Shown: positions 24,960 through 38,704, numbered from the whole stretch's first letter. The stretch is 63,252 nt of DNA, filler included, from Chiloscyllium plagiosum (GCF_004010195.1; 4 parts of one record of this genome joined end to end with filler, not necessarily neighbours in it); one strand, 5' to 3'. Notes: generated from the letters alone by a model not told the origin. Translations and numbers: made by a program.

Positions 24960-26200
24960 CCAAAATGCATATTGCTAATTCGGATTAAATTCCATCTGCC
25001 AGTGTCCTCCCCAACTTACCAACTCAGACTGTAGCTTGAGACCATCCTCCTTAGTAACTAATAACACCACCAACCTTTGTCACCTGCAAACTCACAAATT
25101 ATATCTTCTACTTTCTCATCCAAGTTGTTAACGTATATATTAAACAGCAATGGTGCCAGTACTGATCCCTGTGGTACACCACTGGTCACAGGCTTCCAAT
25201 CACAAAAATAACCTTCTATCATCATCCTTTGCTAACTTGTCTTCAATTCCATGAGCTCTTACCTTTTGGACCAACCTCCCATGTGTGACCTTGTCAACAA
25301 CCTTATTGAAGTCTATGTAGACAACATCAACTGCGCTAACCTCAATATATCTAATCACCTTTTCAAAACAACTAATTAAATTAGTCAGACAGGATCTGCA
25401 TCTAACAAATGTATCCTGACTATCCCTGATCAATCCCTGCCTTTTCTTCAGATTTTTTCCAATATTTTCATTACCACGGACATATTTTAACCAGCCTTCA
25501 GACTATCTGGCCTATTGCTGCTGCCTTTCTTGAACAAAGGAGCCACATTAACTATTTTCTTGTCATCTGGCAATCTCCTCCCTTGCTTTCTGTAGTGGCC
25601 TGGATATATCTCATTTGGCCCTGGGATTTGTGCAGGTGTATGCCTGTTAAAATGTGTAATGCCTCCTCCCCAATAATCTTAATATCTTCTGGAACATCAC
25701 CATCATAACTGAAATCCACAACTACAATATCTTTCTCCTCTGTGAATACAGATGAGAAGCACTCAAAGATATTTCACGGCTTCCCTTTGCCTTCCTAATT
25801 TCCTTTTTAATAAATTGTCTACACTCTCTATACTTTTGAAGTTTGATTTTTTAATACGTTGTAACTGTCATATGCTTCCTTTTTCTTTACAAACTCTTGA
25901 TATCCCTTGACATCCAGGGTTCCCTGGACTTGCTACCCTTGTCGCTTACTTTGAAAGGAACATGCTGAACACTCACTATACCACTTTTAAAAGACTTCCA
26001 CTTTCTAAATGCAGACTTACCTGTAAGTAACTGCTCCCAGTCTATGTTTGTCAGATTCTGTCTAATGATCTTATAATTGGCCTTCCTTTCAGTTAACACA
26101 TTTGATTTCTGCACTGTACTTATCCTTTTCCAGAATGACTTGATCAAACTGCTCGAACACTGAAACTTCAACCATTTGAACTGGCTTCATTGCTTATGAC
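24960..26200 (-). mobile_element. Degraded CR1 ORF2
   Basis: RSCLTNLI.CF, VDVVYIDF.K..DKV.HGRL, EPWMSRDIK. Confidence 0.7.
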
Positions 26201-28293
26201 TATGTCCAACACTGTTGCATCTCAAGTCGGGCTAACTATGGACTGGCACAAAAAACTCTCTGTTTCATTCAGTAGTTACATTGTTAACATGTAATGCGAC
26301 AAAGTTACATGCTACTACGTGCCTCCCACCCACCATCTTGATACTGAGCCTTGCCAACTCCTGAACCCACTTGTATCATCTTGGCAAATTTTGAAACGTC
26401 AAAATGTGCCAACCATTTTATTTGTTTTAAGTAGAGGAAGAAGTCATTACAGGCTATGTGGGATAACTTTGTACCCACTTCAGCCATTATTGGAGCCTTA
26501 TTTTAAAGATCTATAGAAGGATGCTTTAAGTCTACTCATCTGACAGAACTAGGTGAGTCAGTAACTAAAATATGTGGATCATTTGTCTGTTGATTTGGTT
26601 TACTGCTTACGCAGGATTTTATTGTATTCTTCCAAGGAAGTAGCAAAATGCAGATCAGGCTTGAATGGCTGAAATAAATCTAGATAGAATGCACAGCACA
26701 GAATTAATGATTTGGGCCAACTAGTCTGCGTTGATGCTAAATCAGATATTAATTTTAAATCTGAGATAATCTGACATTTTGTTAAGTGAAGGTACTAAGG
26801 GATATGGGCTAAAGGAATGTATGTAGAATTAGGTCATAGATCAGTCATGGTTTCCATAATTCATGAAACAGATTTGAGGGGCTGAATTTTCTACTTCTAT
26901 TGATATGTTTCAATCACAGTACCTGTCAAACCTTGTAATCTAATCCTATTGATACATTCTTTGTCACACAGGTATTTCTAAACTTTATATTCATGTCAAC
27001 ATGAATTAGGAGCTGGTTTTGGTCAATCAGCCACTCTTATCTGCTGTGTCATTGAAGAAATTCAGGGCTGATCTGATTATTCCATCTTCTCTCCTTCCTC
27101 TGATGATCTTTCAGTTCCTTGCCTATCAAGAATCTATCTACCACTGCCTTAAAAAAAAATCAGGGCTTTGCATTCACTGCCTTTTGAGAAAGAGAGTTCC
27201 TAAGGTTCACAACAACAGAATAAAGTCCATTAGTACCCAGGAACTTGTCAGACTTGTCATCTTGCAATTCCAATATTTTGCTCAGGATCACTTCCCAGGT
27301 ATTTATAATTTTCACTCTCCCTTCCAGTTCCTGATTAACAGCTACCTTTGAAATGTTACTTGTGTCCTCTAATATGCAAACCAATGCAAAATCCTTTATT
27401 AATTCCCCAGATTCACTTTCTGTAGAACCAGCTTTACTATGTTAATTGTTTTTTCTTCCAATTACTGTAGAAACTCTTATCTTTTGTTTTTCTATTTCTA
27501 GTTAGCTTTCACTGGTAGGCTACTTCATTTCCCTCCTTATTAATATTTTAATCTTCTTGCCTGCCACCCATCTTTACATGCTTTTACTTCACATTTGACA
27601 TTATATTTAAGCTGAAATTGAAAGCCAGTCTCAGTAACTGTGACCATTAAACTATCATTAACAGGATTAGAAATCCATGGAATTCATTACTATAAGTTAA
27701 TGAAGGAAATCGGCCATCCAACTCTGGCCCACCTGTGACTGCACCCACTCTTCGTAACTACTGTCTGAAATAGCCACGCCAGGGACCGTTCAGTTCAAAG
27801 GAAATTAAAGATATACAACATGAGATAGCATGCTAGTGAAACATAGATCCATTCAAAAATATCACTAAATGGTCTGTTTTGAATATCCATGCTGACAACA
27901 CTTGATCTTGCTTCTTGATGCTGTTGTAATCCAATTTTGAGTAAAGAATCCTACACTTTTTCCATCATGACACTAAGCTAACTCATTGATGTTTACCTCA
28001 ATATGTTCATCTTTCTTTATAAAGCGAGGAATTACATTAGCTATTTGTTAGCCCCTCGTATACAGTATATATTTATAGATATGCAAACTCACAGTACTTC
28101 TTTTATACTAACAATGCTTTTTCTATTGCTCTCCTGACAATTTTAATATGTGCTGATGCACATGTATGAGTCATATGGATTTTGTGTATAAACAAAAATA
28201 ATTCTATGTACACAGTCATGTTTTTGGGTTCTCTCTTTACCAAAGAATGCTCAACATTGGACTTACAAAGAGTGGGAACAACCAGTGGCACTT

Positions 28294-28560
28294 ACATAAG
28301 AACATAGGAGCATGAGAAACAGGAGCAGGAGTTGGCCATCTGGCCCTTTGAGCCTGCTCCACCATTCAATAAGATCATGGCTGATCTTTTCATGGTCTCA
28401 GGTCCACTCACCCGCCTGCTCACCAGAACCCCGATTCCTTTAGTGCCCAAAAATGTATCAAACTTTGCCTTAAAAACAATCAACGAGGTAGCCTCAACTG
28501 CATCAGTGGGCAGGGAATTTCACAAATCTACAACATTTTGGGTGAAGAAATTCTTCCTCA
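28294..28560 (-). mobile_element. CR1 3' end
   Basis: acataagaacatagga tail; FKAKFDTFL..KGI. Confidence 0.75.
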
Positions 28561-28562
28561 CT

Positions 28563-28675
28563 GGTCCGAACCGATCTGAAGAAGGGTGACTAGGCTCGAA
28601 ATGTGAACTCTCCCTTCTCTCCAAAGATGCTGCCTGATCTGCTGAGTTTGTCTCAAAATTTCTGTCTGAGTTTGC
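28563..28675 (+). mobile_element. PLE terminal-repeat fragment with degenerate hammerhead
   Basis: ctgaagaagggtgactaggctcgaaatgtg; the cleavage triplet is GUG, not NUH. Confidence 0.55.
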
Positions 28676-29569
28676 TAAATGAGATCATTAACACATTGCA
28701 CGTTGATTATCATCGGAGCTAAGATTTAATAAGAAAATTTGTGTTGAAATAAGGATTACCTGCTTGCTGTAAATCTCAAGATAAATAACAAACTGTGATT
28801 CTTTCTTTCCCATGTGTATAGTGTCTTTGGTTAAGTGTTACTGAGGCTGCTTTGTATCATAACTTCACAAACATACTGGGAGATTTATTTTCAAACATTT
28901 CATTTCTCAAAGGGTTTATGTTTGACTAAGTTTATCAGTTTAAGTCAAACCTCCAATGCAAGTTCAGAACAGTATTATACCCAATGATTGGAGTATGTCA
29001 AATTTGTTTTCCTTCTTTGAGCTGTATGTAGTTGAAGGAATTGCAGCTTGAAAATTAACATGTATGGATAGTAATCAGCTTTTTTTAAAAAAGGTACTCA
29101 GCGCGCTCATGAAAAATGATCAGGGCTTCTTTGGGACTTGGCAGAGGCTCTGCATACATTGGCTTGTATTTCTGGTGAGACTGGTTTGAGTTCACTCCAC
29201 AGGGAATGGGGATGATGGCATAGTCTCACAGGGTTAAGGGTCATCAGTGAATTGATTTCTGGTCATTGTATTCAAATCTCGCTGAACACAAACTCCACTC
29301 CACATGTAACTGCCCTCAGTTTGGCACTTAATTAATCAACCATAGCCTGGGGTTGTCCAGGAATAAATGTAGGGAATAGAATTGAAAATCTGGGCATTGA
29401 ATTCAGGCCTCTTTGAAAGGAGCTGACTTATGAAGTAAGTTATGGAAATTGCAATGATCTGAATTTATTTGCTTTTAAAAGTAAACTCTAAGGACTTCAG
29501 CAATGAATGCAGGTTTTTAATTTTTGCTTTTAAATATTGTTGCAAAAGATAACATTTACTCTTGGCTTT

Positions 29570-30303
29570 TGTTACAACACAGGGTAAACGTTCTTGCTTG
29601 ATTAAAAACCAGCAACACAGAAAAGAGTTATCCCATGCAGTAACCTAAAAAAATCGAATGGCCAAGAACTATTTAAAGTAAAAATTAACAACATTATTTC
29701 TTAAAGTATAACAGAGAATAATTAATGAACCACTATTTACAATTTCTTTCTCTAACCTATCTTTTAGTTTCTCTTTTATAATACTAGTTCGATAAAACTC
29801 CCAACTAAAATTTACAAAAGAATTCTTATCTCAAAACCAGGCAGCAATAGGTTCTTGCTTTTGGATCTTTCTGTGCCTTCTTTTCTTCTCATTAGGGATT
29901 TCTGCTTTACAGGTTACTGATCGAAAAGGTACTTTTAAGACTGATTTGTAAGCAGTCTGTTTACATGCTGAGCCATGGCAGTTTTCCTCTCAACTGTTCA
30001 ATTCCACCTCCCCTCCCTCCCCCCCCCCTCCCTGGTCTTATACCCAGAGGATCGGATTGTGTCATTGGCTTTTAAGATAGTCAATATATTCAATACAAAT
30101 TTGATTGGAAATTGGCATTTTTATCAGGGTATAATTTAAACTTATTGGCTGGATTCAAATTTGTTTATGTCCCTCGGCAATGCATTTCTCGAGTTGTTTA
30201 ACCCAGTGCCACGTACATTGTTGCCTTATTGAGAACACTTAGTGCTCTCCAGTAGTTCTGCTGCTTTTAACTCTCTTAAAGGTACAGCCATATCTTTGTA
30301 ACA
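29570..30303 (-). repeat. 3' LTR (734 bp) of a Gypsy/Gmr1-like retrotransposon
   Basis: Terminal inverted TGTTAC...GTAACA; polypurine tract AAGGGGGGAGA (30304-30314, -) directly abuts it. Confidence 0.85.
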
Positions 30304-33245
30304 TCTCCCCCCTTAAGAAAAAAAATGAATCATCATAATGAAAAGATGGCCTCTTTTTTTTCTCTAATTTTTAAACACGTTACCCTAACTTACAAATAAT
30401 TTTAATATAAGTTCACCTTAACTTCCTCCCATACATGTGTATATATACATGAAACATTAAATAAAGACAAATCTCATCTAAACTCTATCAGTGAAATCCA
30501 CCTGTGATTACGTTATTCTGACCCGCAACATGTATGATTTTTAAATTAAAACTCTGTAGCATAAGACTCCAGTGAAATAGTCTCATATTCTTATATTTAA
30601 TACATTTTGAGAATGTAAGTGGATTGTGGTCAGTGTATACAATTGTCTCCGACACATTGTTCGTGACATACACATTAAAATGCTGTAAGGCCAGTATCAA
30701 ACACAATGGTTCCTTTTCGATTGTGGAGTATTTCCTCTGGTGAATATTGATCTTCTTCTAAAAGTAACCAACTGGCAGCTTAATCCCATCCTCATCTTCC
30801 TGTAGGAGTACAGCTCCAACTCCTATGTCACTAGCGCCGATGGTGACTTGAAAAGGTTTTGAAAAGTTTGGTAGCTGAAACTAGTTTGGTGGTTAATATT
30901 GCTTTCAAATGGTTGAATGCCTCCTGGTATGGTTCTGTCCACTGAAACTTTGTATTGTTCTTCAGCAATATGGTTAACGGCGCCACTACACTGCTGAAGT
31001 TTGGAACAAACTTCCAATAGAATCCACTGAGTCCCAAGAATCGAAGCATCTCTTTCTTCAAGGTTGGGCATAGAAATTCCTCCATGGCCTTCATCTTTGT
31101 GTTCCATGGAGTCAACCTTCCATGGCTGATGTTATGTCCCAAGAACATCACCTCTGCCTTTGTGAATTCTGTTTTATTTAAGTTTATCATCAGTTTTGCT
31201 TCTTGTAGTCATTCAAAGAGCTCTGCCAACCTACCATGTGATCTTTCCAGAACTTACTAAAGATTGCTACATCATCCAAATAGACTGCACAGTTTGTTAA
31301 CCCAACTCTGTTCATGAGTCTTTGGAATGTGACGGGCACGTTCTTCATTCCAAAGGCCATCGCTTTAAACTGATATAGCCCATCTGGGTTTACAAATGAA
31401 GAAATTTCTTTCGTCATCTCTGATAAAGGTATCTGCCAGTAACCACGCATTAAGTTCAACTTGATGATGTAACTGGCTTGTCCAACTTTCTCAATACACT
31501 CCTCTAATCTAGGAATTGGATATGAGTCCAATTTTGTAACAGTGTTGACCTTCTGATAATCCATGCAGAATCATTGAGAGCTGTCTGGTTTGGGAACTAA
31601 GACGATCGGCGAACTCCACTCGCCCTGGCTTAGTTAGATGATGTCCTCCTTGAACATGGCCTCCACCTCCATCTGGACCTGTCTAGTTGTGAGAGGATTA
31701 AGCCGATAGGAATATTGTTTCATCGGAGCAGTATTCCTACGTCTATTTCATGGATAATAGCATTAGTCCTCCCCACATGATTCTTACATATGTCCTTGTA
31801 CTGTTGTAATGAATCTTTCAGCTGTGTTCTATGTTCTTGAGACAGATAGCTTACTAACCTATCCCACTCCTCAAGGACTTCTTCATTTTTAATCTATTTT
31901 GAGGCACCTCAAATTCCATATCACCTGGATTTGATTCCTCACTCTGCAGGGCAGTAACTAACACCTGATTCTCTATTTCTTTCTCTCTAGTATAATACGG
32001 TTTCAGGATGTTCACATGACATACCCGATACACTTTTTTCTATCTGGCATCTTTACTAAATAGCTCATCTGATTCAGCTTTTTCTCAATTTTTTTTTAGA
32101 TTAGATTACTTACAGTGTGGAAACAGGCCCTTTGGCCCAACAAGTCCATACCGACCCACTGAAGCACAACCGACCCAGACCCAATCCCCTACATTTACCC
32201 CTTCACCTAACACTACGGGCAACTTAGCATGGCCAATTCACCTAACCTGCATATTTTTGGATTGTGGGAGGAAACCGGAGACCACTAAACCTTGTACTAA
32301 TACATTATCCCCTCGGGAAAACACCCAAGTCTCAGAGGTTTTATCTGCCACCTGCTTCATACTACACTGCGCCCTGTTTTGGTGCTGTTTAGCTAACTCA
32401 TCTATTCAATTAATCTCTCCCTCACCTCCGATATAAAATCTAATTATGACAACTTTGACTTTGGTCTTGTCAATTTTTTTTAAATTAACTTCAAAGGGCC
32501 TCTCACTTCATGCCCAAATATTAACTCAAAGGGAGTAAACTGATTAGATGCATTTAGGGTATCTCTAATGGCAAACAATACGAATAAGATACCTTTCTAA
32601 AGATTCAGGATGATATGCACTAGATTTAAAGTGCTATATACCTAAGCTGTCCATAACCTTCTTAAACAGCCTCGCAGTAAAATTTGACCCTTGTTCCGAC
32701 TGAATCTCTCTGAAGAAGGCTATTAACTCCTCTACCACCTTTTTTGCCTTGATACTCCATAATGGAATTGCCTCCGAAAATCTGGTAGACACATCCAGTA
32801 TGGTTAACAAGCACTGGTTCCCACTTTTAGTTCTCGGGAGGGGACCTACACAATCAATTATAACCCGCGTGAAAGATTCTTCAAATGCGGGAATTGGAAA
32901 CAAAGGTGCTGGTTTTATTATTGCCTGTGGCTTACCTACCTTTTGGCATGTATGACATGTACGGTAAAGGTTAACCACATCCTTGTGCATTCCAGGCCAA
33001 TAAAAATGTTTTTGTACCTTAGCCTGCATCGTTTGTACCTCTAGGTGACCTCCTAGAGGCAGTTCATGTGCTACCCGTAATACTTCCTGTTCTTATGATA
33101 CAGTCAACACAATCTGGTGCACTTTGGACCATTTCTCCTCTGCACTAACCTGATGTGGTCTCAGTTTCAGTCTGAATATTCTGTCTTTCAGATAATAATC
33201 CTCTGGAATGTTCTGTGTCTCCTTTTCAGAGTATGCATTCACATA
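30304..33245 (-). mobile_element. Degenerate pol region of a Ty3/Gypsy LTR retrotransposon with Gmr1-like order integrase > RT > RNase H
   Basis: INT 33029-32634 (HFYWPGM..C..CQ, IDCVGPLP, IQSEQGSNF); RT 31564-30831 (DYQKVN, YPIPR, GYWQ, FQRLMN, YLDD, FLGLSGFY); RNase H 30706-30488 (YTDHNPL). Confidence 0.9.
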
Positions 33246-33247
33246 TA

Positions 33248-33440
33248 CAGAGGAACCTTGATTATCCGAATATCAATTATCCGAATTTTGGTTTATCCAA
33301 AGGAGATCTCAAGGTCCCGATAGAAACATTACGTCAAAGAGCTGTTTCAACCCTGATCGTGTCTTTTGTTTGCATGTACAATGATTAAAAATGAACTCAG
33401 CTCACTGAAATGATGCTGAGAACAGTCCTGGACAGTCCAA
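33248..33440 (+). mobile_element. Tigger/pogo-like DNA transposon left end inserted into the LTR element
   Basis: TA-CAGAGGAACCTTGATTATCCGAA with repeated attatccgaa subterminal motifs. Confidence 0.55.
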
Positions 33441-33774
33441 GCACCGTCTCCAAATGACTGACCTCCCGCCCTCTCTCTCTCCCACCACACTTTCCCTGGA
33501 ATTCTACATAGATGTTGGGATGGGTGGGAGTGTGGATGGGGTTAGGGTGGGCGGGATGGGGGTGGATGGGATTGGGGGTGGGCGGACAGGGTTGGGGCAT
33601 GTGAGAAAGCACCGTCTCAAATGACTGACCTCCCGCCCTCTCTCTCTCCCACCACACTTTCCCTGGAATTCTACATAGATGTTGGGATGGGTGGGAGTGT
33701 GGATGGGGTTAGGGTGGGCGGGATGGGGGTGGATGGGATTGGGGGTGGGCGGACAGGGTTGGGGCATGTGAGAA
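33441..33774. repeat. Two near-identical about 168-bp G-rich tandem units next to a gap
   Basis: Units start at 33441 and 33609. Confidence 0.85.
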
Positions 33775-33913
33775 TTGGGGGCTGGCAGGGGTGCGTGGTG
33801 GGGGTGGGCAGAGNNNNNNNNNNNNNNNNNNNNNNNNNNNNNNNNNNNNNNNNNNNNTTAATTAATTAANNNNNNNNNNNNNNNNNNNNNNNNNNNNNNN
33901 NNNNNNNNNNNNN

Positions 33914-34280
33914 GGGGATTTCCCCTATTTCCTTCTTGAAGAGAGGAATTACATTTGCCTCTCTCCAGTCCTCAGGTACGACTCCAGTGGAGAGCGAGGA
34001 TGCAAAGATCTTTGGAAGTGGCAAAGCAATTGCTTTTCTTGTTTCCCAAAGCAGCCGAGGACAAATCTGGTCCGGGCCTGGCGACTTGTCAATCTTGATG
34101 TTTGACAAAATTTTCAGCACATCAGCGTCTTCTATCTCTATCCATTCCAGCATACACGCCTGCTCTTCAAAGTCTTCAATCACTACAAAGTTTGTTTCTT
34201 TCATAAAGACAGAAGCAAAAAACTCATTTAGGGCTTCCCCTACCTCCTCAGACTCCACACACAAATTCCCTATGCTATCC
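33914..34280 (-). mobile_element. CR1 ORF2 fragment (same family as 13732-15472)
   Basis: LNEFFASVF, KSPGPDQI.PRLL, GVVPEDWREANVIPLFKK. Confidence 0.88.
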
Positions 34281-35427
34281 CTTTTCTTCTTCATATTTGT
34301 CCACAGAGCTTGTATATCACTGGGTTGGTGAGCCATTGACAGTTCTAACACAGAAAGCCATTTGGTTCATCCTAGCTGAGCTAAAACAATCCAAAATGTA
34401 TCTCATGATCCTTTGCTCTTCCATTACTGATATCTTTGTTCAAAAACCTAATCCCAGGATAACAGTTTCTCTACCTCAGTCAGTTAATTTCATTCTCAGA
34501 AAACATTCTGCATAAATAAATTGATCCTTGGTCATCTTTAAAACTCACTTGTAAATCATTTTCAATAGGTAATTCCTCACTGCTGACTTGAAAACCCCAA
34601 GTAATCTTTCCCCATGAACTTGTTCAAGACTCTTCATTATTCGGAATACGGTTATTCAGTTCTCTCTTAGGGGTAAATTGGTTTTCCTTTCTGCTGAATG
34701 TATTTACTTTCTTGATTGGAAATGCGAATGATAGGAACATAGAAAGTGGAGGCAGGAGTGGGCCATACTACCCTTGGGAGTCTGGTTCATCATTCCATAT
34801 GATCATGGCTGATCATCCAACTCAGAATCCTGCAACTGCTTTCTCCCCATTCCTTTCGATGGCTTTAGCCATTAAAACTTTAATCCTGACACATGACCGA
34901 AGGACAATGAAAAATATTTGTTCTCCAAACAGACAGGCAAAAGTTCATTATCTTGAGACATTGGGTTGAAGTTTCAGCTCTGAGATAATAAGCTCTGACT
35001 CAGGGTGGCTTGGGAGTTAGGGATGATTGGACAATGTGTTCCTATTATCACCGATATCTCCACAATGCTTCCCCATTATTGAGGCAAGTCGGGTGCAGCT
35101 CGATTGCCTGCTGAATAGAGAAGGGCTTCTATTTTAAACAACTAAAGTATCAAATTGAGCAAGTGCTTGCAGTTGGGGTGGTTTGCATGCAGAAAGCTGG
35201 GGGGGCGGTGTACATCGCACCCATTCACTCCATCTCACAAAGATAGTGGGTGAACGGCTGACACTGCATCAAAGGTGGCACCCACACGCCAAATCCAAAG
35301 ATTTCCCATGGATCTTAGGGATCTGTGTGTTTGACCCCTCTGATTTTGTGGTTCAAATTTCTGTGCCTTTATTTGGACATTCTCACAACATCAACTACCT
35401 TCCTATGCTGTACCATCTCTCCTAGTG

Positions 35428-36141
35428 GGGCTCCTAACACCTTCCCCTGCACCACAGGAATTTCAAAATCTGCGCCCAAACCACCTCCCCTCACCTCCAT
35501 GTAAGGCCCCAAAGGATCCTTCCACATCCATCAAAGTTTCACCTGCACATCCACCAAAGCCATTTTTGAGGCGGTGCTCCCGATGCACTGTCCTCTACAT
35601 TGGGGAAACTAGACGCCTTCTCTTTAGGAAACATTTCTGGGACACCCACACCAATCAACCCCACTGCCCCGTGGCCCAACATTTCAACTCCCCCTCCCAC
35701 TCTGCCGAGGAAATGTCTCCTCCACCATCATTCCCTCACCACCCGATGCCTGGGGGAAGAACGCCTCATCTTCCACCTCGGAATACTTCAATCCCAGGGC
35801 ATCAATGTGGACTTCACCTGATTCCTCATTTTCCCTCTCGCCACCTTACCCCAGTTGCAACCTTCCAGATCAGCACCGTCCTCATGACCTGTCCTACCTG
35901 TCAATCTTTGTTCCCACCTATCCGCTCCACCCTCCTCTCCGACCTATCACCTTCATCCCCACCTCCATCCACCTATTGTACTCTTTGCTACCTTCTCCCC
36001 AGCCCCACCCCCCTCCCATTTATCTCTCTACCCCGGAGGCTCCCTGCCTTCATTCCTGATGAAGGGCTTTTGCCCGAAACGTCGATTTTCCTGCTCCTCG
36101 GATGCTGCCTGATTTACTGTGCTTTTCCAGCACCACTCTAA
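35428..36141 (+). mobile_element. Neptune-type PLE 3' fragment (GIY-YIG plus terminal repeat)
   Basis: RCSRCTVLYIGETRR, AQHFNSPSHS; possible TSD cctagtg at 35421 and 36142. Confidence 0.85.
36052..36087 (+). ncRNA. Minimal type-I hammerhead ribozyme motif (PLE family A), intact core
   Basis: AUUC CUGAUGA A-GGGC-UUUU-GCCC GAAAC GUC GAUU. Confidence 0.7.
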
Positions 36142-36473
36142 CCTAGTGTCTGTAAAGCAGCCTCCCTATCATTGGGCCAGCAGCATTGGAAGTTCACCCA
36201 GCATCTATAACAGCATGGAAATGTGCTAATGAAGAGGACACGTCTCTTCAGTTTCGGCCTTCAGTAGGTGCTGGCATTGGGTTCCAACGTAAAGATTCTG
36301 AAATGCACAGGAAGTTCCTGCTCATTAACTTTGTTTCTCTTTGGCAGATGCTGCTGCACATGCAGAGGACTTCCAACATCTTATATTCTTATTTCAGATT
36401 TCCAATTTCCATTAGCATTTTTCTCCTGATGTTCTCCAGGATGTTTCCCTGCATTAAAATCACGGTTTCATAA

Positions 36474-36686
<213 letters not shown>

Positions 36687-37339
36687 TAAATGAGAGCCTA
36701 CAGGAAATCAAAAACACATATGAAACAAGCAAAATATTTTCCTCCACCCACTGAACACTTTTATTCTTTACTCTGAATGTTAGCAAAGCAAAACTCAGTT
36801 TTATGGAAGATGATAGTTCAAGCAAAAACACGCAATGAAAGGCATGCATAACAAGTCAATCAGCTTTTGAAGGGAGAAACAAGAATTATATTGTTGAGCA
36901 GAGGATCGGGAGAAGGGTAACTCTTCAACAGTTCTCCATTACAATATCAGAGATAACACTGCAGTCCCAAAGGAAGCTACACTCACAGGGAACATGATTC
37001 AAGACGTTACCATGCAGCATCAAAAATTCCTGAATCCTTTGAGAGGAAGGATCACTGAATCATGCTCGATTAATCTTTACTTTTTCTTTCAATTGTTGCT
37101 TGTCACATTGTGCATTTCCAAAGTTTTCTGTTTTCCAGACTTTCATTTTGTCTTACATTTAGATCTGAGTTTTTGATCACAACTGTTTGCTGGTTTACAG
37201 AAATAATCTACTTCTGACAGTAGGTCTTAAGGAATGTTTACATTTGTTCTCATCAGATTTCTCCCAAAACTTTAGTGCTTCATATAATAACTGCACAATT
37301 ACACCACAGAGGGACCTGACTTTCTGTTTTACAAACAGA

Positions 37340-37550
37340 ATTAGATAGACAGGAGGCTGGAAGACCACAGCAAGTCAGACACCATCAGAAGGTAAAGAAG
37401 TCAACGTTTCAGGTATAACCCTTCTTCAGGGTCCTGAAAAAGGGTTACACCCGAAACGTTGACTTTTCCACCTCCTGCTGCTGCCTGGCTTGCTGTGGTC
37501 TTCCAGGTGCCTGCCTGTCTATTTTGGATTCCTGAATCTGAAGTTTTTTT
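37340..37550. mobile_element. Palindromic PLE terminal-repeat element (family C) with back-to-back hammerhead motifs
   Basis: agtcaacgtttcaggtataacccttcttcagg | gtcctgaaaaagggttacacccgaaacgttgact. Confidence 0.8.
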
Positions 37551-37831
37551 TTGTCTCTTATAAACAGCATCAAAGACATTTTTTTCAGAACAATTTCTCC
37601 TTCCTTTCTTTTACTTTGGAAAATCAATACTAAGGCGAGCCTATTAAGATTTAATTACTTCTTATCTCAAAACTTTATCTTTCTCAATTGTATATGAAAT
37701 CTAAATTTTACTCATTAGAAAAATCCAAGGTTTTGAATGCAACTCATCCAAATGAGTCAAATAGTCAACACTGATGAAATATGGTAGCAATTAGTGGCAA
37801 CCATCCAGCGCTTGCAGGTTGTAGGCTCTTT

Positions 37832-38395
37832 CATAGAACATAGAACATAGAACATAGAAGAATACAGCGCAGTACAGGCCCTTCGGCCCTCGATGTTGCG
37901 CCGATCCAAGCCCACCTAACCTACACTAGCCCACTATCCTCCATATGCCTATCCAATGCCCGCTTAAATGCCCATAATGAGGGAGAGTCCACCACTGCTA
38001 CTGGCAGGGCACTCCATGAACTCATGACTCGCTGAGTAAAGAACCTACCCCTAACATCTGTCCTATACCTACCCCCCCTTAATTTAAAGCTATGCCCCCT
38101 TGTAATAGCTGACTCCATACGTGGAAAAAGATTCTCACTGTCGACCCTATCTAAACCCCTAATCATCTTATACACCTCTATCAAGTCACCCCTAAACCTT
38201 CTTTTCTCCAATGAAAACAACCCCAAGTGCCTCAGCCTTTCCTCATACGATCTTTCTACCATACCAGGCAACATCCTGGTAAACCTCCTCTGCACCCGTT
38301 CCAGTGCCTCCACATCCTTCCTATAGTATGGCGACCAAAACTGCACACAATACTCCAGATGTGGCCGCACCAGAGTCCTATACAACTGCAACATT
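37832..38395 (-). mobile_element. Young 5'-truncated CR1
   Basis: Open ORF 37921-38403; (catagaa)n tail. Confidence 0.92.
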
Positions 38396-38704
38396 TCCAC
38401 CAAATATCAACCTCGCTCCGTCTGTTTCAAAAGTTCACTCTAGGCATCAATGACTCAAAACTCTGAATTTGCCCAAATAATTAGATTTTGATTGACTGCC
38501 ATAAATACACAACAGTAATAGTTAAAAAATAAGAGTTGATGCTCAATCTGTGGCCTATTTGGTTTCCATAAGACATAGATAGACAGTCAGGTGGTCAGTG
38601 CACCTCCTGCTGTTCTCCTCTTTGATAGCTGACCATGCTATCTCACTCTTTCACCTTGAACTGTGGCCACGGCAGCAATATCTGCAAGTTCAATGAGCAC
38701 TGCA

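Noticed and set aside
33441..33774. Near-perfect 168-bp tandem unit as a satellite or repeat-coding ORF
   Set aside because: Only two units, directly beside a gap, so possibly an assembly artefact; the Pro-rich ORFs are low-complexity.
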